From an uncultured Methanosarcinales archaeon (GTDB taxonomy: Archaea; Nanobdellota; Nanobdellia; Woesearchaeales; CAZKBD01): 64,000 bases of DNA. Positions 28,248 to 37,318 of this stretch are shown here, in pieces. The DNA lies in NCBI GenBank assembly GCA_964550945.1, contig CAZKBD010000001.1:289-64288 (forward strand). The letters run 5' to 3'. Within the stretch, counting starts at the first letter, position 1; each line of letters starts with the position of its first letter. The notes under the pieces were generated by a model. The model made no database searches. It was not told the origin of the DNA and saw only the letters and a program-made list of their open reading frames with translations. A program made the translations under genes and the position numbers.

Positions 28248-29203
28248 GAAAGCAACCAATAGAACTTGAGGGGTACAACCAAGTACTTAATGATATAAAA
28301 TTCTTGCTTGACAAAGCCAAAGCACAGGCCTATAAGGCTGTTGATAACATAAGGGTTCAAACATATTGGCAAGTAGGAGATAGGATTATAAGAGAAGAAC
28401 TTCAGCATAAGGAAAGAGCAGAGTATGGTAAAAAATTAATTGAAAATTTGGCTAAGGATTTGGGATTTGAAAAAAGATTGATTTTTGAAATAATCCAATT
28501 TTATAAGGTATACCCAATAGTGCACGCACTGAGTGCACAATTAAGCTGGACACATTATAACCTCTTAGTTCGAATAAATAATCGGGAAGAGAGGCAATTT
28601 TACGAGTCTCAAACAGTACAAAACGGATGGAGTACAAGGGAACTAGAAAGGCAAATAAAAAATCGCCTTTATTATGATGCTAAGAAGATAGGCAAATTAA
28701 TTTTGAATAAACCTTTGGATCTAGCAATAAAACCAGAAGACATCTTTAAAAATACTTATAACTTTGAATTCTTAGATCTAAAGTCAGAATACAAAGAAGA
28801 GGATTTTAAAAATGGATTATTGAATAAGTTAAAAAAATTCTTGCAGGAATTGGGCCCTGACTTTTTTGTTGGAAGGAGAGAAGTTCCAATACTTATTGCA
28901 GGCAATTATGATAAGGTTGATTTGGAATTATTTCATGCTGGGCTTATGTGTTATATCCTTGTTGAAGTCAAGGTAGAGCCATTTAAACATTCCCATGTCA
29001 GCCAGATGTACTCTTACTTAAACTGGTATAAGGAAAATAAATTGAAGAAAGGGCAGCGTTTACCCATTGGTTTAATAATATGCAAATCTAAGGATGAAGA
29101 GACTGTGCATTACGCACTTGGCGAATTGAGAAAAGAGATATTTGTATCTGAATATAAAGTTAAGTTGCCATCTGAAAAAGAAATAGTAAAAAGATTAAAA
29201 TGA
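28244..29203 (+). CDS. DUF1016/YhcG-like PD-(D/E)xK nuclease-family protein
   Basis: C-terminal VDLELFHAGLMCYILVEVKVEPFKHSHVSQMYSYL matches the YhcG-type D...E-x-K nuclease core with the conserved GQ(M/L)xFY tail. Confidence 0.75.
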   Translation: MRKQPIELEGYNQVLNDIKFLLDKAKAQAYKAVDNIRVQTYWQVGDRIIREELQHKERAEYGKKLIENLAKDLGFEKRLIFEIIQFYKVYPIVHALSAQLSWTHYNLLVRINNREERQFYESQTVQNGWSTRELERQIKNRLYYDAKKIGKLILNKPLDLAIKPEDIFKNTYNFEFLDLKSEYKEEDFKNGLLNKLKKFLQELGPDFFVGRREVPILIAGNYDKVDLELFHAGLMCYILVEVKVEPFKHSHVSQMYSYLNWYKENKLKKGQRLPIGLIICKSKDEETVHYALGELRKEIFVSEYKVKLPSEKEIVKRLK

Positions 29204-29337
29204 AACGCGCGCAATCACTCAGCTCAGGAATCTTGTTCATGGTTATAGTCATGGCCATCTTCACCTTTGCAATGTTCGAGTCTGGGAATAAGATTACTAG
29301 GAATATTGTAGGGATTAGTGGGATGGATAACAAATGA
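29200..29337 (+). CDS. 45-aa TM micro-ORF, leader copy 2
   Basis: MKRAQSLSSGILFMVIVMAIFTFAMFESGNKITRNIVGISGMDNK. ATGA overlaps with both neighbours. Confidence 0.5.
   Translation: MKRAQSLSSGILFMVIVMAIFTFAMFESGNKITRNIVGISGMDNK
29212..29282 (+). repeat. 71-nt leader core repeat, copy 2
   Basis: Identical to 28122..28192. Confidence 0.9.
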
Positions 29338-29858
29338 GAGAAGATAACTTGCCGAAGAATAAGGCCAATGGAGTACAAGCTAAAGAGGGATATAAAAAAA
29401 CAGAGAGCAACAAACTGGAATGGTGCTGCAACAAAAAAAATGGCATAACCTTAATTGAGCCTAATGACAATCTAAGTGATGAATATATGAAGGAGTCTGA
29501 CAAAACACTGGACTCATTAGACCTAATAAACGATAAATGGGGATTGATAATGGGATACTACGCGTGTTACAATGCATTGTATTCCCTAATGATGAAAATG
29601 GGCATAAAGTCTGAGATACACGATTGTTCGATTGAGCTGATGAAGATGATCCCCCAATTTTCTGATGATGACATTAACTTTATTAAGAATCTAAAAAAGG
29701 ATAGGATTGATGCGCAATACTACCTAAAAGATAAAGTCCTTGACGATAAAGGCAAAGTGAAAGAATTTGTGCTGAAATGCAAACAAATTAAGGGTGAACT
29801 GGACACTCCTTCAATAAGAGAAAAACTGCGCAGAATTATAAAAGGTGATAAAAATTAG
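29334..29858 (+). CDS. Helical HEPN-like partner protein
   Basis: All-alpha, precedes an MNT gene, has a KDRIDAQYY region. The canonical Rx4-6H His is absent, so this is a HEPN-like call only. Confidence 0.4.
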   Translation: MREDNLPKNKANGVQAKEGYKKTESNKLEWCCNKKNGITLIEPNDNLSDEYMKESDKTLDSLDLINDKWGLIMGYYACYNALYSLMMKMGIKSEIHDCSIELMKMIPQFSDDDINFIKNLKKDRIDAQYYLKDKVLDDKGKVKEFVLKCKQIKGELDTPSIREKLRRIIKGDKN

Positions 29859-29862
29859 ACAT

Positions 29863-30438
29863 ATGTCTAAAAAAATAGACATAGTATCCTTGTTCACCAA
29901 AGACTACTCTAAAAGGATGTCTGGGAGGGAAATTGCGAGGCTATTGAACACAAATCACCAGACAGCATTAAACAATCTAAATGAGCTTGTTAAAGAAGAC
30001 ATCATAAAATATGAATTAAAAGGAAGAAATAAAGAATACTCATTAAACTTGAATAGCCTAAAAACTAACTTAATGGCGGTTATGTCAGAGGTTAAACTAT
30101 CCTTAGATAGCTTACAAAATAAAGAGCTGAAGATTGTCATTGAAGAAATCGTGCCTAACACTGAAGCGATAATACTGTTTGGATCATTTGCTTCCTCAAG
30201 CCATGATAAGGACTCTGATATGGACTTGATTTTAGTCGGAAAATCTGATAAAGAAAGCATAAGCAAAATCATAAAGAGGCACAACAGGGAGATAAATGCA
30301 GAATATGCAAGTTTTGAGGATTTTGCAGGCTCTTTGAACAAGAAAAATGCTTTGGCAATAGAGATAGCCAAAAACCACCTCTTTTATGGAGACATATCCA
30401 GGATTACTGGCATCTTGTTAAAATGGCACTTAAGATGA
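29863..30438 (+). CDS. wHTH-fused minimal nucleotidyltransferase (MNT)
   Basis: AIILFGSFASSSHDKDSDMDLILV. ATG at 29863, 5 nt after the partner stop. The ORF track begins at an upstream GTG. Confidence 0.75.
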   Translation: MSKKIDIVSLFTKDYSKRMSGREIARLLNTNHQTALNNLNELVKEDIIKYELKGRNKEYSLNLNSLKTNLMAVMSEVKLSLDSLQNKELKIVIEEIVPNTEAIILFGSFASSSHDKDSDMDLILVGKSDKESISKIIKRHNREINAEYASFEDFAGSLNKKNALAIEIAKNHLFYGDISRITGILLKWHLR

Positions 30439-30578
30439 AAACAAAAAGATCACCATCGCTGAAAGGAGGACTGATGTTTATTTTGATAGCGATGGCTGTA
30501 TTTGGGTTTGTGATGTTCGAGTCTGGGAATAAAATCATTGGTAATAGGGTTAAGGTTAGCGAGATGAAATGGATATGA
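30435..30578 (+). CDS. 47-aa TM micro-ORF, leader copy 3 (diverged)
   Basis: MKTKRSPSLKGGLMFILIAMAVFGFVMFESGNKIIGNRVKVSEMKWI. ATGA overlaps with both neighbours. Confidence 0.45.
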   Translation: MKTKRSPSLKGGLMFILIAMAVFGFVMFESGNKIIGNRVKVSEMKWI

Positions 30579-31075
30579 AAAGGATACTGTTTGATACAAA
30601 CATATATGGGAGATTAATTGAAGAACCTGACGTTGTACTAAGAATTGCAAAACACATTCCATCTTATTTTGTTGTATATGGGATCACCATTATTCGAAAT
30701 GAATTGAGGTCATTATCCAAAGAGGCGAAATTGGACGGAAAGAGCAAAAGGATTCTTCTTTTAAATGTTTATGACAGCTTCATAAAGAAAGAAAACCATA
30801 ACCTTAAAATTACAGGTATTATAGAAATTATTGCGCATGACTATTTTGTGGAGTACAAAAAAGCAGGCGGCTCATTATCCTTAAAAGAGGTAATAAATGA
30901 TTTTCGAATAGTTGCGTGCGCTTCTGTACACAATCTAGACATAGTGGTGTCAGAAGACAATAAGAGCATGCTGTCTTCGCATTCATTAAAATCATATAAC
31001 CAAGTAAATAAGAGTAATCAACTGAAGAATCCAGAATTTGTATCATTCAATAAATTTAAGGAGGCCTATCTATGA
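30575..31075 (+). CDS. PIN-like domain protein
   Basis: MKRILFDTNIY... with spaced acidic residues (D7, RNEL, SEDN) in PIN order. Start taken at the second ATG to give an ATGA overlap with leader copy 3. Confidence 0.5.
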   Translation: MKRILFDTNIYGRLIEEPDVVLRIAKHIPSYFVVYGITIIRNELRSLSKEAKLDGKSKRILLLNVYDSFIKKENHNLKITGIIEIIAHDYFVEYKKAGGSLSLKEVINDFRIVACASVHNLDIVVSEDNKSMLSSHSLKSYNQVNKSNQLKNPEFVSFNKFKEAYL

Positions 31076-31241
31076 TTACAAGCCAATCTAATAAATCTCT
31101 GAATCCCAGCCCTGAATTTTGGATCTTTATTAGCTTCCTTAATCTTCTTTATAAGGCTTTTAAATTCAGCGGTGTCAGCAAAGGATTTTTGTTTCATAGT
31201 ATCAGTAATAATGAAACTGTATATATAAATTTTTCGTTAAA

Positions 31242-34067
31242 ATGAAACACAAAAGATCACAATCACTCAGCTCAGGAATCTTGTTCATAGCTGTAGTCAT
31301 GGCCATCTTCACCTTTGCAATGTTCGAGTCTGAGAATATTACTGGAATGTCTGTTTCTGGAGATGTTAATTCTAATAGATTTAACCTTTATTTCAGCAGC
31401 AGCGACCCAATTAGTAAAGCTGGAGAAACGTATGGCACAGATAATAAAGTTAATGGTTATTTATTGCAGCAGGGTAATGAAAAGTATTGGTTAACCAATT
31501 CTATTCCTGATATAGGGTTTGCAGTTTTACACTGGAATAAAGAAAAGGGTAAGTGGGGTACTGGAACATTAAATTATGACAGAGTGGGCCCATTTAATAG
31601 TCAAATAGATTCCTATAAGACCTTAGAGGATTATGATGCTAATTCTGGTTATACTAAAGAGCCAATTCAGACTAAAGACACGTATGATAGCAGTAAGTAC
31701 GACCCTAATACAAAAGGAACGGTTCTTCCAAATTGGATTAAGGATGAGTCCCCAACACCACCACCTACGCCCACGCCTGCACCTGCTGCCGCGCCACCAG
31801 CTGCTGCTCCTGCTGTTGTATCTTGGACTGCTGGCACAGATCCTAGTACAGATGGTAACTTAAATGGGTGGGAATATAACTATAATCCTACTACAAAAAC
31901 CCAAGAAGTTGAGTATGAAGGTCAAAAGATGAGTGATATTAACATTCCAGAAGGAGCAATTGCTCGACAGAGACAGTCTGACGGGAGTTACAAATATACC
32001 CAATACAAAAGTGGAAACTGGGTTGATAGTAGTTCTACTCTTCCAACTCCAACTGCTACTGTTAGCACTAAAAGAATTACTGTGGCTAATATTAAATCAG
32101 TTGAAGGACAACAAGCGAACTGTGTTGAAGCTGTTAAGTGTGCAGCGCAAAACGCAGGCATATCTATTAAGGGAACAAAAGGGAGCACTATGTTTCCAGA
32201 AGTTGGAACCCAAGTAGCAGCTAGCTCTCCTAGCAGTTTAGATCTATCAAAATTAGATAAGTCGCAAGTGTACTATGCTGGTTTTGGGCAACCTTATACA
32301 GAAAGTACTACAAATCCAGATGGAATTGATGTTAGGCATACAGGATTAATTTATTGGGATGGTTCAACAAACCAATGGATGTGGTCGTCAGGAAGTGAGA
32401 ATAGCAAAGGTGAAAAAACTCAAGTTAAATCTGTACCTCTAACAGAATATGCCAACGGGTGGGTTAAGGGTTATGATTCAGCCTTTCCTAAAATAGCTAT
32501 CGACCCAAATAAAGCAAAATTTTATGTCTATGACCAATCAAAAGCGGGTAAACCTACAACAACCCCAGTCCCACCTACTGAAGAGAAAAAAACCATTGAA
32601 GAGATTGCAAAAGAGTTTGGTGCAACTATTGTCAAGCCAAAAGAAGGAGCCGCTGCTATTGGCCCTGGAGCAAAAGAGGAAAAACCACCTGAATCATACG
32701 TTGTTATACCCTTGTTAGATGGTAGCACAATGGTTGTGGATGAGAATAAATTTGATGAATTATGGGCTAATTTCGAAAAAAACGGTATAGATTCACTTAA
32801 GGTAATAAAGAATGAAAAATTCGCCATTCTTACCAAACAACAAGCTGATGCTTATCAGCGAGGAGGAATAATAAGTGAAAAGAATGGGCAAACCGTAGTC
32901 ACAGAAACCATTTCATCTTCAGCCAAAAAAACGCAAACTACAACTGAAACAATTTATTATACTGACCATGCAACAAGTGAAAAGGTCAAAACAACCTACA
33001 ACAAAAAGTTTGACAAATATGCACCGGAAGAATTAACAGGCAAAGGTGGAACGCCAATCGACACAGAAGTCACAGAAATACAAACAACACAAACAACATT
33101 GGATGCCAATAATCGAGTAACTTCTACATCAGTTGAAACAAAAAGAATGAAAGACGGCAAAGAAGTTGATTACACAAAAACAGAGGAAAGATCCCATTAC
33201 GATGAAAAAGGAAAGAAGGTGATTGATTCTAAAGCAGCTACAAAGATGGAAGATGGAGTAAAAGTTAAAACAGTTTACAGCCTAAAGGACGGAAGCCCTG
33301 AAGATGTTTTATTTTGGGATGAAACAAAGAAGCAATTTATTCATGATGAAAATCTGCTCAAAGCAAAGCAGCAAAACTACAAAGCTGGAACTAAATTGAA
33401 GAATGTTATGGCTGCTCTGCAAACTCCCGGAGTTGGGAGGTTTGTTGGATTATTCATGGATGATGACGCTTTTGCTGAATGGAGAGAAGGAGTTGATAAA
33501 ATCTTCTGCGAAACAGTGCTCCTAGGCGGAGCTGACTGCTGGACTTCAAAGCTATGCTCATCCTATTCTGACATGGAAGGTAAAAGCTATCTTAATATCC
33601 AGTCCCCATACGGGATGCTAGAGCTTGCTGCCCATATTGAAGGCCAAAGAACTTCCATGATTTATGGCAATGAAACTGGAATCCAGATGGAATACATCTA
33701 CAAGATATCAGCGATGGCCAGAAACCCTGCAAACAGCAATAAGGAGATGAAATTCAATATAGTCCTGTCTGGAGACAGGACAATAGAGCTTTATGAAAAT
33801 GACATCACTTTAGAAGAAGGAAATTCATTCCAAAGAACAGGCTCTGCAATAATTGTCCAGTACAGCCAGCATCTTTACAATAAGATATGCATCAAATTCC
33901 AGGATTCTATTGATGCTGGTGGAGGAAGATATTTCGATGAGGTTTGCAATAAGATCACTGAATATACAGGCGGGCCTATGAGTTATGAAGAAGCTGTAAC
34001 ACAAACCACTCAAAGCGGCGGTGATGGCTCTGATAACGGGCTGAACCAGGCAGAAAGGCTTATTTAG
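31242..34067 (+). CDS. Large surface protein (941 aa) carrying the same N-terminal TM leader, a Pro/Thr/Ala linker and a C-terminal Cys-containing domain
   Basis: MKHKRSQSLSSGILFIAVVMAIFTFAMFESENITG... then PTPPPTPTPAPAAAPPAAAP linker. TATA-like ATATATAAAT upstream. Confidence 0.65.
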   Translation: MKHKRSQSLSSGILFIAVVMAIFTFAMFESENITGMSVSGDVNSNRFNLYFSSSDPISKAGETYGTDNKVNGYLLQQGNEKYWLTNSIPDIGFAVLHWNKEKGKWGTGTLNYDRVGPFNSQIDSYKTLEDYDANSGYTKEPIQTKDTYDSSKYDPNTKGTVLPNWIKDESPTPPPTPTPAPAAAPPAAAPAVVSWTAGTDPSTDGNLNGWEYNYNPTTKTQEVEYEGQKMSDINIPEGAIARQRQSDGSYKYTQYKSGNWVDSSSTLPTPTATVSTKRITVANIKSVEGQQANCVEAVKCAAQNAGISIKGTKGSTMFPEVGTQVAASSPSSLDLSKLDKSQVYYAGFGQPYTESTTNPDGIDVRHTGLIYWDGSTNQWMWSSGSENSKGEKTQVKSVPLTEYANGWVKGYDSAFPKIAIDPNKAKFYVYDQSKAGKPTTTPVPPTEEKKTIEEIAKEFGATIVKPKEGAAAIGPGAKEEKPPESYVVIPLLDGSTMVVDENKFDELWANFEKNGIDSLKVIKNEKFAILTKQQADAYQRGGIISEKNGQTVVTETISSSAKKTQTTTETIYYTDHATSEKVKTTYNKKFDKYAPEELTGKGGTPIDTEVTEIQTTQTTLDANNRVTSTSVETKRMKDGKEVDYTKTEERSHYDEKGKKVIDSKAATKMEDGVKVKTVYSLKDGSPEDVLFWDETKKQFIHDENLLKAKQQNYKAGTKLKNVMAALQTPGVGRFVGLFMDDDAFAEWREGVDKIFCETVLLGGADCWTSKLCSSYSDMEGKSYLNIQSPYGMLELAAHIEGQRTSMIYGNETGIQMEYIYKISAMARNPANSNKEMKFNIVLSGDRTIELYENDITLEEGNSFQRTGSAIIVQYSQHLYNKICIKFQDSIDAGGGRYFDEVCNKITEYTGGPMSYEEAVTQTTQSGGDGSDNGLNQAERLI
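31260..31330 (+). repeat. 71-nt leader core repeat, copy inside the 941-aa gene 5' end
   Basis: 68/71 identical to copies 1 and 2. Confidence 0.85.
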
Positions 34068-34135
34068 TTCTGATTCGAAAGATTTATATACTATTGAATA
34101 CATTTAGTATACAAATGAATTAAAAAAGTATACAG

Positions 34136-34828
34136 ATGATTGAGACATTAATCACATCCCAAACAAGAAGAAAATTGCTGAAGATCTTTTTGAACAATGT
34201 AGAGAAAAGATTCTACATTAGGGAGCTCACTAGAAAAACAAATGAGAATATAAACTCTATAAGAAAAGAATTGAGCAGCCTTGAAAAGATAGGCCTTTTG
34301 AAAACAGAAAGAGTGGCAAATCTCCAGTATTTCTTTGCTAACAAGGACTTTAAGATATTCAAGGAACTCAAGTCAATATTCATAAAGACAGACCCTGTAA
34401 ATGATCTTATTCTAAAGATAGAAAAAAAGGCCAAGGATAAATTTGGGAAGGAGCTTAGCTCGATTGTTTTGTTTGGCAGCCAGGCAAGATATGAGGCCAG
34501 GGAATATTCTGATGTTGATATATTAGTCATCTGCAAAACAGCCCAAAAGGACTGGAGGAAAAGAGATGACACAATTGTAGAGATTGAAAAAGCAGGCTTT
34601 GAGTTTGGCATTCCTGTGCATATCGAACTATTGACTGAAGAAGAATTTACCTTCTCAGTAAATGAAGGAGCGCCTTTATTATTCGGCTTAGCCGAGAACT
34701 TCAGGTTAGTTTATGACAATGGTTATTTTCAGGATGCAATCAGCCTATTCAGGAAAAATATGGCAAAGTGGGGAGCTAAAAAGATCAAAAATGTCTGGGA
34801 GGTGCCTGAGCTTGCAATCAAAGTATAG
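34136..34828 (+). CDS. wHTH-fused minimal nucleotidyltransferase (MNT)
   Basis: SIVLFGSQARYEAREYSDVDILVI. Confidence 0.75.
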   Translation: MIETLITSQTRRKLLKIFLNNVEKRFYIRELTRKTNENINSIRKELSSLEKIGLLKTERVANLQYFFANKDFKIFKELKSIFIKTDPVNDLILKIEKKAKDKFGKELSSIVLFGSQARYEAREYSDVDILVICKTAQKDWRKRDDTIVEIEKAGFEFGIPVHIELLTEEEFTFSVNEGAPLLFGLAENFRLVYDNGYFQDAISLFRKNMAKWGAKKIKNVWEVPELAIKV

Positions 34829-35246
34829 GGATATCTGCAATGCATTGATCATAGATGCAAGAGAGGATTTAAAGGCAGCTAAAGTTTTGATGGAAAAAGG
34901 AATTTTCAGCAAATCTGTCTTTCATTCACAGCAGGCCGTTGAGAAATTCTTAAAGTCAGTATTAGCCTTAAACAGCATAATAATCACTGATGAGCATAAA
35001 GTTTCTGATAAGTTCAGCTTGTTATTTTCAAGATTCAATAGCCTGGATAAGGTCGCTGAAGAAGCTAAATACTTGGAAAGGCACGGCCTGAAATCACGCT
35101 ATCCTTTGTTTGGCGACCCAATAAGGCCAATATGGATCCCAAGCGAAGAATACAAAAAAGAAGATTCGGAAAAGTCGCTTAAAAAAGCTAGATTTGTGGA
35201 AGAAAAAATAATTAACTTTTTAAAGGAAAAATACAATATTCAATAA
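34812..35246 (+). CDS. HEPN-domain partner protein
   Basis: Helical. DICNALIIDAREDLKAAKVLMEKGIFSKSVFHSQQAVEKFLK is typical of a HEPN N-terminal helix pair. The start is uncertain: the ORF track starts at 34713 inside the MNT gene, and a TTG at 34812 is proposed. Confidence 0.5.
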   Translation: MQSKYRDICNALIIDAREDLKAAKVLMEKGIFSKSVFHSQQAVEKFLKSVLALNSIIITDEHKVSDKFSLLFSRFNSLDKVAEEAKYLERHGLKSRYPLFGDPIRPIWIPSEEYKKEDSEKSLKKARFVEEKIINFLKEKYNIQ

Positions 35247-35416
35247 AAAAAGAGGCAGCGAAAAACCAAAAGGTTTTTCTGGTCTCTTTTTTGTCAAAAA
35301 CCACCCATCATAGATTGGTATCATGTTTGAAGCCACCATGATTTTATGGTGGTTTTTGAGCATGCTCAGAAATATATTTATAGTATATTTCTGACATATT
35401 AAAAAAAGAGGCAATA

Positions 35417-37318
35417 ATGTTTAACAAGAAAGCTCAACTGACTATTTTCATAATTATTGGCTTAATAATTTTAATTGCAATAGGCGCATATCTTTACTAC
35501 AATAGCCTGGCAATAGGGGAGCCTGAGATATCAACAGAAGAGACAGAGCCAGTAAGGAGTTTTGTTGAGCAATGCATTAAAGATGCTGCGCAGGAAGCTA
35601 TTGATACTGTTGGCTTTAACGGAGGCTATATCACGCTACCGGAAAATATCGAAAAAAACCCTAAAAGTTACTTAAAAATATCTCCACTAGTTGATGTAAA
35701 GCTCCCTTACTGGTGGTATGATGGGGTTATGTCTATCCCTACAGCAGATTTTATAAGAAGCCAGATATCGCAATATGTCAAAGACCAGTTAAAGATTTGC
35801 GTTGCTGATTTTGAAAGTTTCGAAGACGAATTCAGCGTAAGGGAATTAGGAGAGATAACAGCCTCAACACAATTTGACAAGAATGATGTGGCTGTTAAAG
35901 TAAAATATCCCTTATTAGTAAATAATAAGGTAGGCGACACAAGAGTGAAGCTAAAATCAGATTATAATGTTAAGGTGCCAGTAAGGCTGGAAACAGTATA
36001 CAACCTTGCAAAGATGATTATGGAAACAGAAGACTCAGAATGGTTTTTAGAGGAAAAAACTGTTGATCTGATGGCTTTAGATGGCTCTATCCCATTGACT
36101 GGTGTTGAGGTCACTTGCTCAAAAAAGATATGGGAAGTGCCAAAAGTAAGGAGTAAACTAAAAAGATTGTTAGAAGTAAACCTTCCTTATATAAGGATCA
36201 AAAACACAGGCTATGATGAAAATATTTATGTCCCAAACCCTTTTTCAAAAACAGAGGTGTTCAATGAAAGCTATTATTTCTACCATTATATCTGGGATGT
36301 TAAAGCATTGGAAGACAAAAACATTCACATCAGCTTTAGCTATGATCAAAACTGGCCAATGGAGTTCTATGCAAGGCCAAGCAATGGCCAGATAATGAAA
36401 TCAAATGCCCAGAAAGGCCAGGAGATGCTTTCATGGTTCTGCCTGCATATATGGCATTTTACCTATGACGTAAAATATCCTGCCATGGCAACCATCACAG
36501 ATGAGAAAACAGAAGAGCATGACAGCTATACTTTTAGTTTTCCTTTTAAGGTAAACATAGACCATAACAAGCCAGCAAGATACAATTCCGGCTCAAATAT
36601 CCTGGAAGGAACAGAGAAATTGACAGATGAGGAATTCTGCAGCGACACCAGCCATCAGATCACAATATTCACAGTAAGCAATAGCTCAAAAGCAATTGAG
36701 GATATTGCTGATGTTAACTTGACGTTTGTATGCGGAGCATTCCAATGCGATTTAGGCGCAAGCAAATGGATAAGCTTTGGAGCGGCAGCTGGCTTGCAAA
36801 AACCAATGCCCTATTGCGTTTTAGGGATTATAAAAGGAACAAAGAAAGGCTATGCAGATGCTCAGATGTTCATACAGGCAGAAGAGGACAAAAGTTATAC
36901 CCTCCATATGGCTCCTATAAAAGAGCTATATAATTACACTGTTGTAAAACATTCCTCATTAAGCCCTGCAGCAGCGCAAAATCTTGAAAGTGATGAAAGG
37001 GCATTAATCATGATAAAAACTCCGCTTGGCAACACATACGGCCTTTATCCAAACAATGAAAGCTCTCCAATTATATTATCAGCTGAAGAAGATAAGGCCT
37101 ATGATGTGGATATTTATTTAATAAGCGGCGAAGATATAATTGGAGGCTATAAGGCGCAATGGAGTGTAAACTCAAAAGAGCTTGACAAGGCAAAATCAGC
37201 AAGGTTCCATGTCATAGAGCAGGAGCCCAGGCAGACAGATGAGATGAAAAGATATGAATATATTGCTGAGATCGAAAAGCATTCAGAGCAAATACCATCA
37301 ACAGAGTTGATAAGATGA
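35417..37318 (+). CDS. TM-anchored surface protein (633 aa), module B gene 1
   Basis: MFNKKAQLTIFIIIGLIILIAIGAY anchor. AAGAGG RBS. Paralog of 21371..23488. Confidence 0.65.
   Translation: MFNKKAQLTIFIIIGLIILIAIGAYLYYNSLAIGEPEISTEETEPVRSFVEQCIKDAAQEAIDTVGFNGGYITLPENIEKNPKSYLKISPLVDVKLPYWWYDGVMSIPTADFIRSQISQYVKDQLKICVADFESFEDEFSVRELGEITASTQFDKNDVAVKVKYPLLVNNKVGDTRVKLKSDYNVKVPVRLETVYNLAKMIMETEDSEWFLEEKTVDLMALDGSIPLTGVEVTCSKKIWEVPKVRSKLKRLLEVNLPYIRIKNTGYDENIYVPNPFSKTEVFNESYYFYHYIWDVKALEDKNIHISFSYDQNWPMEFYARPSNGQIMKSNAQKGQEMLSWFCLHIWHFTYDVKYPAMATITDEKTEEHDSYTFSFPFKVNIDHNKPARYNSGSNILEGTEKLTDEEFCSDTSHQITIFTVSNSSKAIEDIADVNLTFVCGAFQCDLGASKWISFGAAAGLQKPMPYCVLGIIKGTKKGYADAQMFIQAEEDKSYTLHMAPIKELYNYTVVKHSSLSPAAAQNLESDERALIMIKTPLGNTYGLYPNNESSPIILSAEEDKAYDVDIYLISGEDIIGGYKAQWSVNSKELDKAKSARFHVIEQEPRQTDEMKRYEYIAEIEKHSEQIPSTELIR

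Noticed and set aside
28236-28250. Possible frameshift fusion of the leader micro-ORFs to the downstream nuclease or HEPN genes, which would make leader-toxin fusion proteins
   Set aside because: The junctions are simple ATGA overlaps with the downstream ATG in the -1 frame. No slippery heptamer or stimulatory structure is evident. Translational coupling is the more economical reading.
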